A DNA stretch of 63,998 nt, filler included, from Octopus bimaculoides (taxonomy: Eukaryota): the NCBI RefSeq assembly GCF_001194135.2. It is 8 parts of 6 records of this genome, joined end to end, with 100 filler letters (N's around TTAATTAATTAA, not from the genome) between each part and the next. Parts side by side here need not be neighbours in the genome. Positions count along the whole stretch, not along the records: positions 60,736 to 61,860 come from NC_068986.1; positions 61,961 to 63,998 come from NC_069005.1; 6 more parts are not named here. The stretch is one strand, 5' to 3'. A program made the position numbers and the translations under genes. The number at the start of each line of letters is the position of its first letter. Within the stretch, counting starts at the first letter, position 1. Shown in pieces: positions 61,591-63,998 of this stretch. A model generated the notes under the pieces. It searched no databases, was not told where the DNA came from, and saw only the letters and a program-made list of their open reading frames with translations.

Positions 61591-61755
61591 GGCGTAGGAG
61601 TGGCTGTGTGGTAAGTAGCTTGCTTACGAACCACATGGTTCCGGGTTCAGTCCCACTGCATGGTACCTTGGGCAAGTGTCTTCCACTATAGCCTCGGGCC
61701 GACCAAAGCCTTGTGAGTGGATTTGGTAGACGGAAACTGAAAGAAGCCCGTCGTA
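61591..61755 (+). mobile_element. SINE family A, 5' half, young-looking with CpGs intact
   Basis: GGCGTAGGAGTGGCTGTGTGGTAAG...CCTCGGGCCGACC...GAAGCCCGTCG, followed by (TA)n and a linker. Confidence 0.85.
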
Positions 61756-61977
61756 TATATGTATATGTATATATGTATATATATGTATATATCTATATAT
61801 ATATATGTATGTGTATATATATGTATATATATATAACGCAGCGTCTCACAAAAATTGTAANNNNNNNNNNNNNNNNNNNNNNNNNNNNNNNNNNNNNNNN
61901 NNNNTTAATTAATTAANNNNNNNNNNNNNNNNNNNNNNNNNNNNNNNNNNNNNNNNNNNNTATATATATATATATAT

Positions 61978-62028
<51 letters not shown>

Positions 62029-62525
62029 TTGGAATACATATAGACATATTTATGTGTGTGTATGAATTATGTATGTATGACATATTTTTATTTACACAAC
62101 AATCAGCAGACATACTATTGTTCGATATTCTATAATCAGTAGGTATATCTCACTGTTGTATATGATAACATTTCACTGAGATTTGCCAATAGCAAGAAAA
62201 TCCTGCCGCAGGCAAAGCCATGAATATAAAATAATTACGTTATTTGCTAGACGTACATTCAATCATTTCTGAATTATTTGAAATTTATGGTAATAACCAA
62301 AAATAAGTTACCCTCCCTGGCGGATAGTCTCTGCTATTCTATTTTGTGAATGTCACGTAAATTCAACCTTAGTTAACGGAAGGTAAACCTCGCCAAAAGG
62401 CTGGGGGTATTTCTGTTGACTCAACATACGCTAACCGCTTTAGTATTGCGGTTGAGTTGGGTGTGTGTGTGTTTGTTACTTTCTTTGTTACCATTTTTAT
62501 CCATGATATATCTTGATATATCTTG

Positions 62526-62572
<47 letters not shown>

Positions 62573-62949
62573 CGCGCGCATATATGTATATGCATACATA
62601 CACAAACACACACACACATATACAAGGATGTTATTATTAAAATATCGTCACGAGTGGCAAGCGAATTATCAGCCGTACAGGCAAATTGATAAAATATATA
62701 CATACAATATTAGATATGTACATGTATACACAAGGACACTACATGTGATGTAGGTGTTCATGTAGTGCCCTGGTGTGTGTATTGACATATTGACATAGAT
62801 AACTATATGCGTATCTATATATATTCATATTTCTGGATATGTTTTAATCAATAATAATATTACGAAGCATCAATTTTGCCGTCGCTTCGCAAATTTCGAT
62901 TTTAAACTTTCACACCCTTACAAATACGTACGAGTTCGCTAACATGTGC

Positions 62950-63035
62950 ATACCATCACCACCACCACCGTCACCACCATCACCACCATCACCACCACCA
63001 CCGTCACCACCATCACCACCATCACCACCACCACC
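62950..63035. repeat. 33-bp-period CAC/CAT minisatellite
   Basis: ACCATCACCACCACCACCGTCACCACCATCACC repeated about 2.6 times. Confidence 0.85.
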
Positions 63036-63471
63036 CTTTCACCACACGTTCACATGCGCAGAATCTCTGGATGCTCAAACCGGAGCAGGCCAACTGGCCT
63101 CGACAAGTGCTATTTATATGCAATTCTCATGTATCACAACACTTCGTTTTTATTTTAGTTTTTTTTTTTTTAGAAAGATTAGGGGATAATTTAGAACGTG
63201 ATGAAGCTGGTGTGTTGCAAGAAGTTTACTGTCGTTGAATATATTTGCTTGACAAATGAAGCAAGATTCATGTTCCTAAGATATGCGTGCTTAGATATAT
63301 TTTTTGCAAAACTGTCGTATGTGGGACTTACTACACTTTTGAAAAATGCTAAATCGTTGCACTAAAATTTGACAATTTTCATCTGTACGTATGCATTGCC
63401 ATATGTGAGTGGGTGTGAGGTTGTGTGCATGTATATGTATGTGTGTATATAAATTTAAACAAATTTTGTAT

Positions 63472-63503
<32 letters not shown>

Positions 63504-63998
63504 ATAAGAACGGATATGTGCATCATTTAGTCAGACAACGTAGAAAATACCACCTATAATCAACGAGGTTGTGTTAACAGGGCATTATAACGTATTAAAT
63601 TCATTATTTACTATTATCGCAAGGGATTACTTCGATAAACCTATCTATTTACGTGGCGAAAGTCAACGAGAAACTAACAAGAGCCTTTTATATTACAATG
63701 TATCCATTTATCCTAAGAGAAAATATTCCTACCAAACCTGGAGTAAGATACAGCAAAGATATGGGTTATATTAAAATAAAGAAATGAAGGAATAAATATA
63801 AAAATAAATAACAAGGAAATTAAAGAGATTAAACTTAGAATGGAAATGTAGGAGATAATAAGTATGTCTTTACTTATATTTAATCTAATTAAATATGATA
63901 ATCCTATTAAAGAATTACTATTCACACAAACATATTGATACACACACAGAACCATACACAGTATTGTGCATTTGATAAATATGTATATATATATATAT

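Overview
Eukaryotic, AT-rich, microsatellite- and repeat-saturated genomic DNA; the SINE/LINE families and the CA/TA/GATA repeat load point to an octopus draft assembly (inference). Most ORFs in the supplied track are artefacts of microsatellites or N-gaps. One real gene is visible. It is a minus-strand, intron-containing PhyH-family Fe(II)/2-oxoglutarate dioxygenase (proline 4-hydroxylase/ectoine hydroxylase-like, WHQDYGYW motif). Five exons between 53708 and 40614 chain in phase with canonical GT-AG sites, and there is a candidate start exon at 55471-55453. Its 3' half is not in the visible sequence. The rest is transposon debris: several tRNA-derived SINE families, RTE, Tx1/L1, Dong/R4, CRE, R2/NeSL-like and Penelope-like retroelements, Tc1/mariner, piggyBac-like and hAT-like MITEs, a Helentron-like element, and several nested insertions. 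The least expected signal is a set of minimal hammerhead-ribozyme folds in at least five unrelated small elements (about 22.5, 33.6, 34.0, 39.7, 39.8 and 40.1 kb). They have variant cores (a G3-C8 swap, CUGUUGA, an extra purine after A9) and palindromic stem III. Repeats inside the gene show strong CpG decay, consistent with gene-body methylation. Seven 100-bp N44-TTAATTAATTAA-N44 linkers are assembly joins, so long-range adjacency is uncertain. All folds and translations were done by hand; repeat boundaries are approximate to about 10-20 bp unless a TSD/TIR is quoted.
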